This document shows positions 1 to 56,286 of a DNA stretch of 64,000 nt, piece by piece. The notes under the pieces are model-generated. The model was given only the letters and a program-made list of their open reading frames with translations. It ran no database searches and was not told the origin of the DNA. The DNA is taken from positions 13,405,062-13,469,061 of the forward strand of contig NC_134034.1 of NCBI RefSeq assembly GCF_964204645.1, read 5' to 3'. The position numbers and the translations under genes are program-made. This DNA is from Tubulanus polymorphus. Taxonomy: Eukaryota > Animalia > Nemertea. Numbering within the stretch: position 1 is the stretch's first letter; each line of letters starts with the position of its first letter.

Positions 1-113
1 TAAACTGAAGTATGGTGTATAAATTGGTGAACTTCGCCAGTACATCGACTAACCTGTCATTCGAACTAACGCGATGCAAAAATTAAGTTTTTGTCGGATT
101 GGTTTCTTCTTAC

Positions 114-242
114 CTTTTTCGGATGCGAGCGTTCAGTAACGGCGCCTCGTACCGAGGATTACTTCCGACGATTAACATGTGATCACATTCTTCGATTCCT
201 GCTATCGTTGAATTCAACAAATAATTCGAACGCAAATCAGTT
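114..242 (-). CDS. NDUFS1: NDUFS1 exon 9
   Basis: ttgtag| [42 protein letters not shown] |gtaaga. Confidence 0.95.
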
Positions 243-3200
243 CTACAAATAAAACACGCCATCTATTAGCCGAAATGGCAGTACGTTATACAGACACCAG
301 AGGGCTCTGTATACTTGAATCTTAGGGTTATAGTTCGGAGGAGTAGCCCCGGAGATACCTACCCAGCTCCGTCCATCGGGAATATCTCCTCGGTGCACAG
401 ACCCTCACTGCCAAGTTTGTTCAGGAAATCCTTCAACACGACCAGCGCCTCCGCATCGCAGAAACCGCCCCCTATTGCCGAAATCTCCGAACCTTTCACG
501 CTGCGCAACTGAAATATTCATACGAAAAAATACATCGTAAATCCCCCTATGACATCAGGGCTGCTAATCCCACTATGACATCATCAAAAAAGACTATGGG
601 CACATAGAATATCAATTTTAACACTTTCAGAAACTTTAGACTGCCTTTATCAATCACCCTATGGCAACCACATTATGGGGCATCTATTTTTTTCTTTTTT
701 CATTACAGAAGTTTAATTTTATGAAAAAATAATGTAATATATACAAAATTTGTTAAACAACACTGAAAAACTAATTGGACATTATGAGTATTGGAAGATT
801 AATAGACTTGTAAGAATGATAGCTGTCTATGAACATTTGAAATGACTGCGTGAATTGATAAAAAACGACCTCTACCATACCCTCAATAAATTGCCCCGTA
901 ACGCAATGTCACGTTTACCTTTCCAGCTGCGGAGAACAAGGCCTCTTCCCAGTCGCACGGTTCAAGGTTACCCTGGGCGTTTTTCATCATCGGTGTCGTC
1001 AGTCGCTGACGCTTCAAACCGTCGCAGGCGAAACGAGATTTATCTGCCAACCATTCCTCGTTTATATCCTGAAAATATAAATCAATCACTTTAACCCCTT
1101 CAAATAGCGGCTCCCACTCAGAGGTGGTTAATTCAACGGCCAACGATTCCTCATTTATATCCGTTAAATATAAATAAATCACTTTAACCCTTACAGTGCT
1201 GACTAATAAATACCCTATAGTGCTGGAGATAATTTGAAAATTTTGAAAAATTCCTGTCTGTTGAATAACGGGAATACAACTATAGTGCTTCTACACCGAG
1301 GCGCGGTGTATCGTTAGTTACTAATATTTCACTATGTTTGACAGGTGCTGCCATCTTTCAAGAGAGATAATTACTAATTATATCAATACACCGCAGTGCG
1401 GTGTAATAGCAAAATCGTTCTGATTATACACTGCACTGTGGTGTAGACGCACTGAAAGGGTTAACCGCTCCAAACTGGCTCCTACTCAGAGGTGGTCAAT
1501 TTATCCGCCAACCATTCCATTCGCTAGTGGGATAATATCGGAATTCAGATGTGGAATTTGAAAATCCTATTCAAAATCAGTTGAAAATTCGAACGAAAAA
1601 TCAACAGTTAGTCGTGGTATCTCGTGCGTACATCACCGGGATACACGGCGTACTAACCTCATTGAGTCGTGGTATAATTCTGAGCACTTCGTTCGTACGA
1701 GTTGATACGACTATGTTACTGCCAACAGCATCCATTACATCAATACTCTCTGTTTTCCTGTAAACCAAATGTGAGACTTTCTTTCGATATCGCAATCAGA
1801 AAGTTTAGAACAAGACTTAAGAATTTGTAAATGAAACAAATTGCAGTAGAACCCGGGCTAACTGGGATTATTCGGGACCAACAAAATTCATTTGGTTCAT
1901 GAGAAATCCCGATGTTCTTACAGTTAATAAGATAAAAACCCACTATCTACAGATTAAAAGAACCTGACGATGATCTCTAGGGTGAGATGGAAACGTCGTG
2001 TATTCTATATATTTTAGATTGAATAAATAAATTCTTGTTCTTAAATTCTTTTAATCTGTAAATAGTGGGTTTTTATCTTATTATCCGTTCATCACGTTTG
2101 AGTGTGGTTATCGTTCGGTTCTTACAGTCTTACAGTTACGTCGATTGGAAATTATCTCCCAAGTTTTTCCAAATTCTTTCGATTTTCCCAAATGTAAATT
2201 GGGCTTTCGTATGACACAGATTTTCATATATTCTATTTTAAGAATCAGTGTAAGAATCAGTGTCTGTTAATTTACCTGGTCTCCCACGGTCGAGCCGTGA
2301 ATGCGTATGGTTTCGACGTCAGCGCGCCGACCGGACACAAATCGATGATGTTTCCCGATAATTCCGATTTGAACATCTTCTCGACGTACGTTCCGACCTG
2401 CATATCGTTACCGCGTCCGGTGGTACCGAGGTCGTCGACGCCGGCAACCTCGCTCGCAAATCTGAAATATGTCATATACACACAATATACCATTGACTAC
2501 GAGGGGTAGATTAAGGTCGACAAGTTTAGTTATGTCACCCTCACTCGCCAGAGTTTGATTTAATATGGATTCGTCTTACCGGATACACCTGGTACAGTGA
2601 ATACATCGTGTCATTATAGTCTTTATCAAAGGACCGACATTCTTATCTTCAACAGCTCTACAAACAAACAAATCATAGAAAATCATTTCATTTCATTCTT
2701 ACCTTTTGAAATGAAAGCAAAATGGAGATTTTTCTTTCAAAATTGTTCTTAATCAACTTCTTTACCAAATCCAAAATGACCAGTACCCAGTTCCACAGTT
2801 GTAAGTTAAGAGTTAACTGTGAACTCAGGATCCAGTTCCTCAGTTGTAATTTAGAGTTAACTGTGAACTCAGGATCCAGTTCCTCAGTTGTGAGTTATTA
2901 GAGTTAACTATGAACTCAGGATCCAGTTCCACAGTTTTGAGTTTAGAGTTAACTCAAAATCAAGATTCTCAAGTTACCTTTTCCCGGTGAATTCGTTATC
3001 AATGAAACGACTGCGATCGCTTCCGAAAGCCATCGACTGATCCTGCAGGTCGCACTCGCCGCCCTGGTCGCAGATCGGACAGTCGAGGGGGTGATTAACG
3101 AGCAGAAACTCCATGACGCCCTCGCGGGCTCGACGCGACACTTCCGAGTTAGTGTTGATTTTCATACCGGGCATCACGGGCATCGCGCACGAGGCTATCG

Positions 3201-4434
3201 GCTAGAATTGATTAACGAAAAAAAGAAAATGCGTTAATCGGTGTCGGTTGAGTTCATTTCTTCTAGAGAAAGGGATGGCTCTGAATGTCATGATTTTGAT
3301 ATTCTTGGAGACACCCTTATTAGAATTATGGTGGACTTAGAAAAACTCTCAGTTTGGACTTAAAATCATGGCTGAATCAGAAATGCTTCAAGATGATCTC
3401 ATCGGACTCTAAAGGGTCCACCAAAAAGACACCTCAAACCCACTAATATAAGCCTAAAAATATGCTGATGCTCAGCGGGTAAAACACTTCTCAATTCGGG
3501 GGACCGGATCTGATTCATACCTTCGGCGATTTTTCCACCTCGACGAGACACATTCGACAGTTACCGGCGATTGACAGACGATCGTGATAACAGAACCGCG
3601 GTATCTCGACGCCGACCATACCGCACGCCTGTAACACAGTCGTACCCGGGTCGACCAATACACGCTTATCATCGACAAATACTTCCACTTTACTCGCGAC
3701 AGCACCCGACTGACATCTCGCTGGAAAATTGCAAAAGAAATTTGGAAATTAATTAACACTATTTCGATTGAATCTCTGCTATATTTCCATTAAAAAGTTT
3801 ATTTTCACAATTAGGGTCTGAGAGTTGAGTATGAGGTTTAAGAAATCGAGGGGTTAAGGAAAGGTGTAGGGCTATAAATAGAATTTATGTCCATGAAATG
3901 AGAACTTTTATTTCTTTTCTAGGTAGACTAGTGCAAAATGAAGGTAGATCAACTGATTACTGACCGAAAGATGACGAGGTAGTGATAGTGATAAAACCAG
4001 TATCAATGACCAACCCCAGTATCCGTCTAACTGCGGTTGATCATTGATACTGGTTTTATCCAATCACCATTGATTGTGACAAGTCCCTGTGATGTGATAA
4101 GCCTCTGTTGCTGATCGGTCCTGTGACATCCAACCCGAGGCAAGTGGGGTAAGCATCCATGGGCGAGAGTTGGGGGATTGGTAGTCAAGTTTCAGTGGAT
4201 GAGGATTCCAGCAAATAGAAGGACATAAGGCATCCTCCTCGGCAGAGATGGCATCGCTAGACTCCTAGGCCTACAGCTCCAACTTTACTTACCACCCCTC
4301 CCCAAAATTGACCTTTCTTTACAATACAGAACACAGGCAGGCTTGTTGACACATCCCCATGACTTACCTGATGATATTGCTGCCAAATTTGAAGGCGAAC
4401 CGATGACACGCCGCAAGGGCCAAAGTTTCAGCAT
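114..4434 (-). CDS. NDUFS1: NADH:ubiquinone oxidoreductase 75 kDa Fe-S subunit, 5' part (9 coding exons, ~426 codons; continues beyond the left edge)
   Basis: Exons 4434-4368, 3720-3521, 3201-2978, 2657-2580, 2461-2276, 1757-1658, 1068-919, 508-363, 242-114 join in frame through GT-AG introns. The translation carries the NuoG/NDUFS1 Fe-S motifs [55 protein letters not shown] and [12 protein letters not shown]. Confidence 0.97.
363..508 (-). CDS. NDUFS1: NDUFS1 exon 8
   Basis: tttcag| [48 protein letters not shown](G) |gtaggt. Confidence 0.95.
919..1068 (-). CDS. NDUFS1: NDUFS1 exon 7
   Basis: tttcag| [50 protein letters not shown] |gtaaac. Confidence 0.95.
1188..1460. mobile_element. piggyBac-type MITE, family A (full copy)
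   Basis: TTAA|CCCTTACAGTGC...GCACTGAAAGGG|TTAA; 12-bp TIR and TTAA target duplication. Confidence 0.85.
1658..1757 (-). CDS. NDUFS1: NDUFS1 exon 6
   Basis: ttacag| [33 protein letters not shown] |gttagt. Confidence 0.95.
1925..2083 (+). mobile_element. Penelope-like remnant: degenerate hammerhead motif inside a 38-bp inverted repeat
   Basis: CTGACGA-T-gATCTC-tagggt-GAGATg-GAAA-CGTC at 1964-1997; inverted arms 1925-1962 and 2046-2083 with one mismatch; AATAAA at ~2022. Confidence 0.55.
2276..2461 (-). CDS. NDUFS1: NDUFS1 exon 5
   Basis: tttcag| [61 protein letters not shown](R) |gtaaat. Confidence 0.96.
2580..2657 (-). CDS. NDUFS1: NDUFS1 exon 4
   Basis: ttgtag| [25 protein letters not shown](R) |gtaaga. 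Confidence 0.96.
2785..2955. repeat. ~44-bp tandem repeat sharing the ggatccagttccacagttgt core with the 39-bp family
   Basis: Four copies in NDUFS1 intron 3. Confidence 0.8.
2978..3201 (-). CDS. NDUFS1: NDUFS1 exon 3
   Basis: ttctag| [12 protein letters not shown]...[30 protein letters not shown]...GK(R) |gtaact. Confidence 0.96.
3521..3720 (-). CDS. NDUFS1: NDUFS1 exon 2
   Basis: ttccag| (A)[66 protein letters not shown] |gtatga. Confidence 0.95.
4368..4434 (-). CDS. NDUFS1: NDUFS1 first coding exon (mitochondrial transit peptide)
   Basis: [22 protein letters not shown], Arg/Ser/Leu-rich with no acidic residues; donor G|gtaagt, phase 1 matches the next exon. Confidence 0.85.
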
Positions 4435-4959
4435 ATTTGCACCAGCTCCAACAACTCGGGAATTTAAGCAAACTGAATGTAAAAATGACAGACTACTTCA
4501 GTCTTTTACGTAAACTAAACGCACGATTTCAGCCGGAATTCTTATTGAATCGGGAAACTGCAAACTGTTAAAACTCGCAGCAATCCGAGAATATTTCAAT
4601 CATTCGGTGCTCGACCAGAGGAAAATACGATTCAAGTTAAAATTCGTCGTTTATTTACCTATTTTTGACCTTCTTGAGACGAATTTATTTGCGACGCCAC
4701 TGCCACCTAAAGGCGAATCTATTCGTTAATTCAAGGCAAATAAAGTGCATTTATTACGACGTGGTTTTGATATCGCGCGCCGGGGGTCAGGTCGGCGGCG
4801 GGGTCCCTTCATAAATTCAGTACAACTATCGTTTTATTTCATTGTGCACAGTCTTTTATTTTGAAGCAACATAATGATCCTCATTTGACAGTTTCAACCA
4901 AACTCATCAGATAACAAGGGCGGACTGGGTTGGACCTGGAGAACACGCTGAATGACGCT

Positions 4960-5326
4960 GAATAAATGCAGTAACCCTAGTGTTGGCCTGTTTAATAAAC
5001 GTAAGTACCCTAGTGTTGGCCTGTTTAATAAACGTAGTTACCCTGGTGTTGGCCTGTTTAATAAACGCAGTTACCCTAGTGTTGGCCTGTTAATAAACGC
5101 AGAAACCCTAGTGTTGGCCTGTTTAATAAACGCAGTTACCCTAGTGTTGGCCTGTTTAATAAACGCAGTTATCCTAGTGTTGGCCTGTTAATAAACGCAG
5201 AAACCCTAGTGTTGGCCTGGTGAATAAACGCAGAAACCCTAGTGTTGGCCTGTTAATAAACGCAGTAACCCTAGTATTGACCTGGGTGGATAAACGCAGT
5301 AACCCTAGTATTGGCCTGGCGAATAA
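4960..5326. repeat. 31-33-bp minisatellite (~11 copies) in the NDUFS1/ERG intergenic region
   Basis: ccctagtgttggcctgtttaataaacgcagtta units. Confidence 0.93.
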
Positions 5327-6001
5327 ACTTCTCAATGTCACTATATGGTTGTGTCCGGTCCACTGAACTCCCATAGTCAGCCAGGTGTCACGTGGGTGTC
5401 AAGTATTGCACTCTTGAAGAACGCGCGGCCACATTTTCATCAGCTCGTGTGCGGGGCGGTCAGTTTTGAGGCGGAATTACATCAAGCAAATAAATAAATA
5501 AAAGGGACAATTATCCCCATTTCCTTGGACCAAATTGACGGTAATCCTTGTCCAAAAATTAGCTAGAAGTAGTCGGGTTGACTTATACAAACCCATGTTT
5601 GTGGTTAGTGAATGTCCGATCGTGAAACTAAACCACAGACAGGTTACAGGTTACTGACCTAATCTAACATGAATATGAATATATGATTTCGATATTCAAT
5701 TCGTGCACAGGACACGAGAATATTCATTATATTCAGGTAATTGTTGAGACTGAGAATTTCCCATACAAGCACGCGCACGGTTTGATAAAAATGTTTAATT
5801 TTTATCAACATTTATGGAAAATACTAAGAAGATAGAAAAATCATATTTTATTTTTTCCTGTTCCCTCCCATTTCCCGTTTGTTGTAAATTTTTTTTCTTT
5901 TCTTTTAAATTTTTACCCTTCGCCCTCCCCATTTTTTTTTCTTAAAAACCATACGTATTCAACTTTTCCGATAATAATCGGGCTGCTTATATTCTGTAAT
6001 T

Positions 6002-6375
6002 CAGGGGCGGGGCCGATCTATGACCTGATTTAGGCAGGGGTGCAACAGCTAATCGTTGGTGGTAAGCTTTTTATAATCGGATGGGCTTAAGACAACCTGT
6101 GGTTTGTGAAAATATCCGATCGTGCGTGAAACTAAACCACAGACAGGTTACTGACTAGGGTGCAACACTAAATAGGGCACAAGCCGACACCCCGGACCCG
6201 CCCAAAAAAAGCTCATCGGAAAACATTAGGCTGGCTAACTCATTTCTCAGAAATGACAGAGAACAAGATCGTGAATTTAGCAGTTTAATAATTTTCATTT
6301 TCCCGTAAAATTTCAGGGCAACTTGACATTTTAGAGGGATACCCCTGCACCCTCCCCTTCTTGGAGCCGCCCCTG
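6002..6375. mobile_element. Possible MITE with a 9-bp TIR upstream of the ERG start codon
   Basis: caggggcgg...ccgcccctg terminal inverted match; no target-site duplication seen. Confidence 0.35.
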
Positions 6376-6674
6376 CTGGGGCCCTATTGACGGATTTTGT
6401 CACTATAGCCGCCGCCGGTGTATATTAAAGATACAGCGCAGTGGGATGCTGGCTATTCTATCGATGTCCTCAATATCCATCATTCGGAGCGGCGGGAGAA
6501 GAAACACACAGCTCTTAGATCATCGATACATTACACGCGCACACACACTGACTGACATAGCACTGGCGCATACACACTGACAGGGAGTATATTATCAGAG
6601 AGAAAATGGGGCCCGCAGAATTTGGATAATAATACATATTCGCTATTATAGGACATACACGTTTTTAGGGCACG

Positions 6675-50652
<43,978 letters not shown>

Positions 50653-51610
50653 GTGGGTCGTCGATATAGTGTGTTAACGATTGGGGGGAGGGGTAGGAAA
50701 GAAGAGGGGCCTATAGGGAGAGATGGGGTGGTCAAAAAATTGGGCAAGGGATGAAAGTAGAGGAAGATGAAGATGGAAAATAGAGGAAAATGAGAGGGAA
50801 AGATAGAGGAAAGTTGGGAGGTGAGACGGAGACGTAGATTATTAGAGAGAGGAACAAATGACAGGAGAGGTAGATTAAAGAGAGGGAGAGGTGGGAGGTA
50901 GATAAGAGAGAGAGGTGGGAGGTAAATTAGAGAGAGGTGGGAGGTAAATTAGAGAGAGGTGGGAGGTAGATTAGAGAGAGGTGTGTGCATGAAACTTTTC
51001 TCTACAAAAACAGCTCCCTCTCGTGGCGCTCGACGAAACTAACGATGTCTGACGATAGTAGTTTTTTTTTCCGTACGAATTTCTCGATAGAAAACAGAAA
51101 CGAACCCCGAATCGGATCCATATTCATCGTCGATTATTGAGCGGCGATCGGAGCTGTCAATCAAACGCCGTTCCCTCGACGATCGGCGGAAAAAATAGTT
51201 TCTGTTCTGAGATGATGAAAAAAAGAAGAAATCCTGGTGTTGGGCGGCGGCGATCGAATAGTCATCATTCATTCATTCATTCGGTTTACAATCGGCCGAA
51301 GATTCTCTCTCTACGTTGAGTTATCAATCCGGCGTAGTAGCAATCTGTCGTCTGCTACAGTTTACACGTCGCGTGAATGCGAACTAGTTTTCGGACGGTC
51401 GCGTCGACTGAATTGTTGATTTGATTAGAACGTGTCTCCTTCGCGCCCACGCCGCGCTTCTGTTTGATTATAATCGTGATTATGGTGATTATTATTATTA
51501 TTATGGTTATTGTACGACGACGGGTTTTCTGCTGCTTCTATTCCATAAAAGCGATATTGTCGCCTTCTCTCCGCTGTAATTGTTACATATCTTACGACGC
51601 TTACGAATTC

Positions 51611-51991
51611 TAACCCATTAGCACCATCTGAAATTTCACTACCGTATGTAGTGTCTATTACTCCTCAGAATATTCACAGGTAAATCCACATTAATTCATC
51701 ACGAATAGTTCATTCCCTGTTGATTTTCATGTAATTACAAGTTTGTGTTATTTTGTAGTTAACTGGACCCAGTTCCACATGGATCCTGAGTTGAAACATT
51801 GAAAATGAACTAATCTTAACTCAGAGTTTAACTAATCTTAACCCGTTTTCGTGTAGCAGATGAAAAGAAGCGTTAGGGATATTCAGGCAGCTTGAAGAGT
51901 AATAGTCAGGCTGGTTTGAAGAGTAATAGTCAGGCTGGTTTGAAGAGTAATAGGCAGGGTAGATTTGGGCGGCTCGAGTGCTAATAGGTTA
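51611..51991. mobile_element. Second MITE family (TIR TAACCCATTAGCAC); related partial copy at ~26300-26692
   Basis: taacccattagcac...gtgctaataggtta; blocks attacaagtt-gtgttattttgtag and gcttgar-gagtaatag are shared with 26300-26692, which ends gtgctaatgggttaa. Confidence 0.55.
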
Positions 51992-52654
51992 GGAATGGAT
52001 TGTCTCAATTCTGGAACATCACATAATTCAACTTTCTCAAAATGTTATTACAATCAGTAATTGAGTCTTTCAGTTTTCATAAAAGTGTCGGCCGACATTT
52101 CAATGAACGTCTATACGAGGCTTACTAACGATATTATGCCGTTGATTTAAATGATAATTCCATCCATGTAGTGAATCGTATATATTAGGCAGGTGAATTA
52201 TCCAGTCGGCAAAGGTCGCCATAGTGGCCGTCTTTGTTAACTAATAAAACTCGTCATTTACGTGATTTGAACTGATAATGATTTCAGTCAGATGCATGAA
52301 TATCTATGATTAGGAATACAGCGGCCATGTTGTTATGATGTGAATTACGTAAGCGTGTAATTATAGATTTGTAATGAAGTTAGTTAAACGTTCGTACAAC
52401 AGTATCTCGCCAGGAGGCTGGTCTACACAGTTCTACTGTGAGGAACTGAGGGTTTGACGAGTCACTCAGTTGTCACTCAGTTCCCTGTGCCTTAATTTCT
52501 TCATCGTCTCAGCGAAGGCTACTGTCAGAAGCAAGGATCCACCAGGTGTCACTAGTAGTCACTCGTATTTCTGCTCTACCATTTCTTCATTCCAATGAGT
52601 ACTGGACAATGCTACTGTGGCAATTGAGGATTCTATTTCTGGTGAGTGATGATA

Positions 52655-53332
52655 CCACCAGGTGTCGCTAGTGTGCAGTAGGTCATCAACTTCTGCGCCG
52701 ATAGAGGATTCCTCTTGTGGCAAGCAAGGATCCGCTAGGTGTCGTTAGTATTCAGTAGGACATCAACTACAGTGGCAATAGAGGATCCACCAGGTGTCGC
52801 TAGTGTGCAGTAGGTCATCAACTACTGCGCCGATAGAGGATTCCTCTTGTGGCAAGCAAGGATCCGCCAGGTGTCGCTAGTATTCAGTAGGACATCGTTT
52901 ACAGTGGCAATAGAGGATCCACCAGGTGTCGCTAGTGTGCAGTAGGTCATCAACTACTGCGCCGATAGAGGATTCCTCTTGTGGCAAGCAAGGATCCGCC
53001 AGGTGTCGCTAGTATTCAGTAGGACATCGTTTACAGTGGCAATAGAGGATCCACCAGGTGTCGCTAGTGTGCAGTAGGTCATCAACTACTGCGCCGATAG
53101 AGGATTCCTCTTGTGGCAAGCAAGGATCCGCTAGGTGTCGTTAGTATTCAGTAGGACATCAACTACAGTGGCAATAGAGGATCCACCAGGTGTCGCTAGT
53201 GTGCAGTAGGTCATCAACTACTGCGCCGATAGAGGATTCCTCTTGTGGCAAGCAAGGATCCGCCAGGTGTCGCTAGTATTCAGTAGGACATCGACTACAG
53301 TGGCAATAGAGGATCCACCAGGTGTCGCTAAT
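52655..53332. repeat. 132-bp (77+55) higher-order tandem repeat; same family at ~7850-7960, 22025-22205 (inverted) and 62380-62660
   Basis: ggatccaccaggtgtcgctagtgtgcagtaggwcatcaactact core. Confidence 0.92.
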
Positions 53333-53659
53333 GGTCACTTATCCACGCTGCAGTTCAATTCCAAAAGTTCCAAATTGTCCGTGATGAAAAAAGAATCTTA
53401 AGAAGCTGACGAACAACTCATAACAACTCGAGTATAAAGTGCAGCAATTGCAAACAGTATCTGATGATAAATGTCCTCAAAATACCAGTATCAGCAGGGT
53501 TTCACATAGATTAACCGACTGTATCCCTAATGATCAGTGGTATTTGGATTGCTAACACGATAAAAACTATCATTACAATAACCGTTGTAACTTAGTGACT
53601 AGTTAAAAAATCATTTCTATATGGGAGAAAAACAGAATTGTATCCTGGAATTAAGTTGT

Positions 53660-54090
53660 TTGATTGGCTATAGAACTAAAATGAGCTTAGACTGGCCTCG
53701 AGTTGCTAAATTGGTTTTTGGACCAAAATAACTTTAGACTTGTCTCAACTTGTTGGATAAACTACATAACTAGAATGAGCTTAAACTGGTCTTAAGTTGT
53801 TAGATTGGTTATAGAACCAAAATGAGCTTAGACTGGTTTAAGTTGTTAGATTGGTTATAGAACCAAAATGAGCTTAGACTGGCCTCGAGTTGCTAAATTA
53901 GTTTTTGGACCAAAATAACTTTAGACTTGTCTCAAGTTGTTAGATTCGTTTTTGAAATCAATATGAGCTTAGACTTTTCTTAAGGTATTGAATTAGTTAA
54001 AACGCTTAGGTGAACTTTGACCGGTCTTAACTTGTTGGATAAACTACATAACTAGAATGAGCTAAGACTGGTTTTAAATTGTTAGACTGG
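53660..54090. repeat. ~42-bp degenerate repeat family (also ~20940-21120; inverted at ~58350-58470 and ~58900-59030)
   Basis: gttgttagattggttatagaaccaaaatgagcttagactgg units. Confidence 0.75.
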
Positions 54091-54800
54091 CAATGGGATT
54101 AAGTTACTCTGCAACTGGCTTCTCATTGTGAAATCACAGTCATCTGTCATATGTTTATCTACAGCCTTTCCGCTGTACACCAGAAGCTTCGCAAATCCTA
54201 ATTAATCTGGTTTTGAAATGGTTTCCACGTATTTGATATCGAGCTGCTGAGATTTCAATTGAATTCGTGTTTATCTCATGGTTTGAACGGATGGTGGTAT
54301 GTGCACGTATGACGTATGGGTGGGGTCTGAACTGTCTGATTCTTAGAAATCTATCCAATTACGATTTAATGACGATAATTTGACTATTCTAGAACAAACG
54401 CGTAAGTACGTAGTTAGTATTTGAAATGAATTAGAAGGGCAGATTTAGCGGGTTTTTCTGTGGAAGGAGAAAATGGCCGACCTGCGACTTTCTGCAGGAA
54501 GACCACCATGATTTCTTCTCAAATGAAGTACCCATTTGAATTCTCCAGTCCAACCGCTTCTAAGAATCCTAGATCCGCCTTGAGAGTCTGCTGACACCGT
54601 TTTATAAATCAGGGATTAACACGTACAGATTGGTTAATAATGATTTGACTATTTTTTAAGCGAATGAACGTAGAGCAGCAGCAGCTATACCCTCTGATTC
54701 GTGTTCTCATTTTGATTGCCAGAATCGCTGAGATTTGAGTTGATCTTAGAACCAACAATATTCAATTGCATGGCGATGTTGTGTGTATTATCGCTGCAGC

Positions 54801-55396
54801 CTTGAAGCCACGTACACGCGGTCGAGGTTTAGGTAAAGACCGGTTGAAGCCACGTGCACGCGGTCGAGGTTTAGGTAAAGACCGGTTGAAGCCACGTACA
54901 CGCGGTCGAGGTTTAGGTAAAGACCGGTTGAAGCCACGTACACGCGGTCGAGGTTTAGGTAAAGACCGGTTGAAGCCACGTACACGCGGTCGAGGTTTAG
55001 GTAAAGACCGGTTGAAGCCACGTGCACGCGGTCGAGGTTTAGGTAAAGACCGGTTGAAGCCACGTACACGCGGTCGAGGTTTAGGTAAAGACCGGTTGAA
55101 GCCACGTACACGCGGTCGAGGTTTAGGTAAAGACCGGTTGAAGCCACGTACACGCGGTCGAGGTTTAGGTAAAGACCGGTTGAAGCCACGTACACGCGGT
55201 CGAGGTTTAGGTAAAGACCGGTTGAAGCCACGTACACGCGGTCGAGGTTTAGGTAAAGACCGGTTGAAGCCACGTACACGCGGTCGAGGTTGAGGTAAAG
55301 ACCGGTTAAAGCCACGTACACGCGGTCAAGGTTTAGGTAAAGACCGGTTGAAGCCACGTACACGCGGTCGAGGTTTAGGTAAAGACCGGTTGAAGT
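54801..55396. repeat. 42-bp minisatellite (~14 near-identical copies)
   Basis: ttgaagccacgtacacgcggtcgaggtttaggtaaagaccgg. Confidence 0.96.
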
Positions 55397-56286
55397 CCAT
55401 TTCGATTCTGTAACCAATCTAAGTCTAGTAAGAGTATGAGTTTCTAGTATGAGTTTCATCTGTGTTCAGTTTGACCAGCGGTGAATCTCCGAGCGCAGAA
55501 CCTCATGAGTCGTGTGTCTGTGTGTGTGTGGTGTTGGCAGAGTCTGTTTGTATGTCGACAGGTACAGGATAAGTTCATTCAACTCGGCGCTCTCGCTGTG
55601 ACGAGCAGGTCTTTCAGACCGCTGTCAATCATTATTTTACTTACCTTTCATTGGACTATGATAGATTCGATCTTGGACTGATCTAAACGTATCGTATTAT
55701 CAGGAGTTACTGCCTCGGATTTTGGATGAGTAAACATCATTAAAAAATCAGAGTAGCTGTTTCACGGAAACAGGAGTTTCTGTCTGCGATAGATTGGAGT
55801 AACTATATCTGAGAATTTTGAGTAACCATATCTAGAAAGGAGTAGCAATCTCGGGAGATATTGGAGTAATTGTCTCAAAGAAAAATTAGATAGAATCTGT
55901 GAGTTGTTTCTTGGAGTAATCGTCACAAATTGGAGTTTATTGAACTGGTGATATTGGATTAACTGTCTAGGAAAATTGGATTGATTGGAGTAACTATCAA
56001 AAATAGGATTTACTCAATTGGAGATATTGGAGTAAGTGTGTCTTTTAGAGAGATTTGGGATACAACATGCAGGAATTTGTAATTGAAGTAACCGTCAAAT
56101 TGGAGTATCTGTACTGGAAATATTGGAGTAACTGATCGTAAATATTGGAGTAACTGTGAAGAAATTGAACTTGAAGGAACTGTTGAAAATTTGAGTAATT
56201 CTCAAAGAGATCTCCAAGATCCAAAAAACTAATTTACTCGGTTTAGCTTTGAGAGCTGCACTGCTGTTGCTGCCCCCTATTGACAG

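Noticed and set aside
6365-6380. CTCF site near the ERG promoter
   Set aside because: The reverse strand reads ccagcaggggcggc, one base short of the consensus spacing; better explained as the end of an inverted repeat pairing with 6002-6010.
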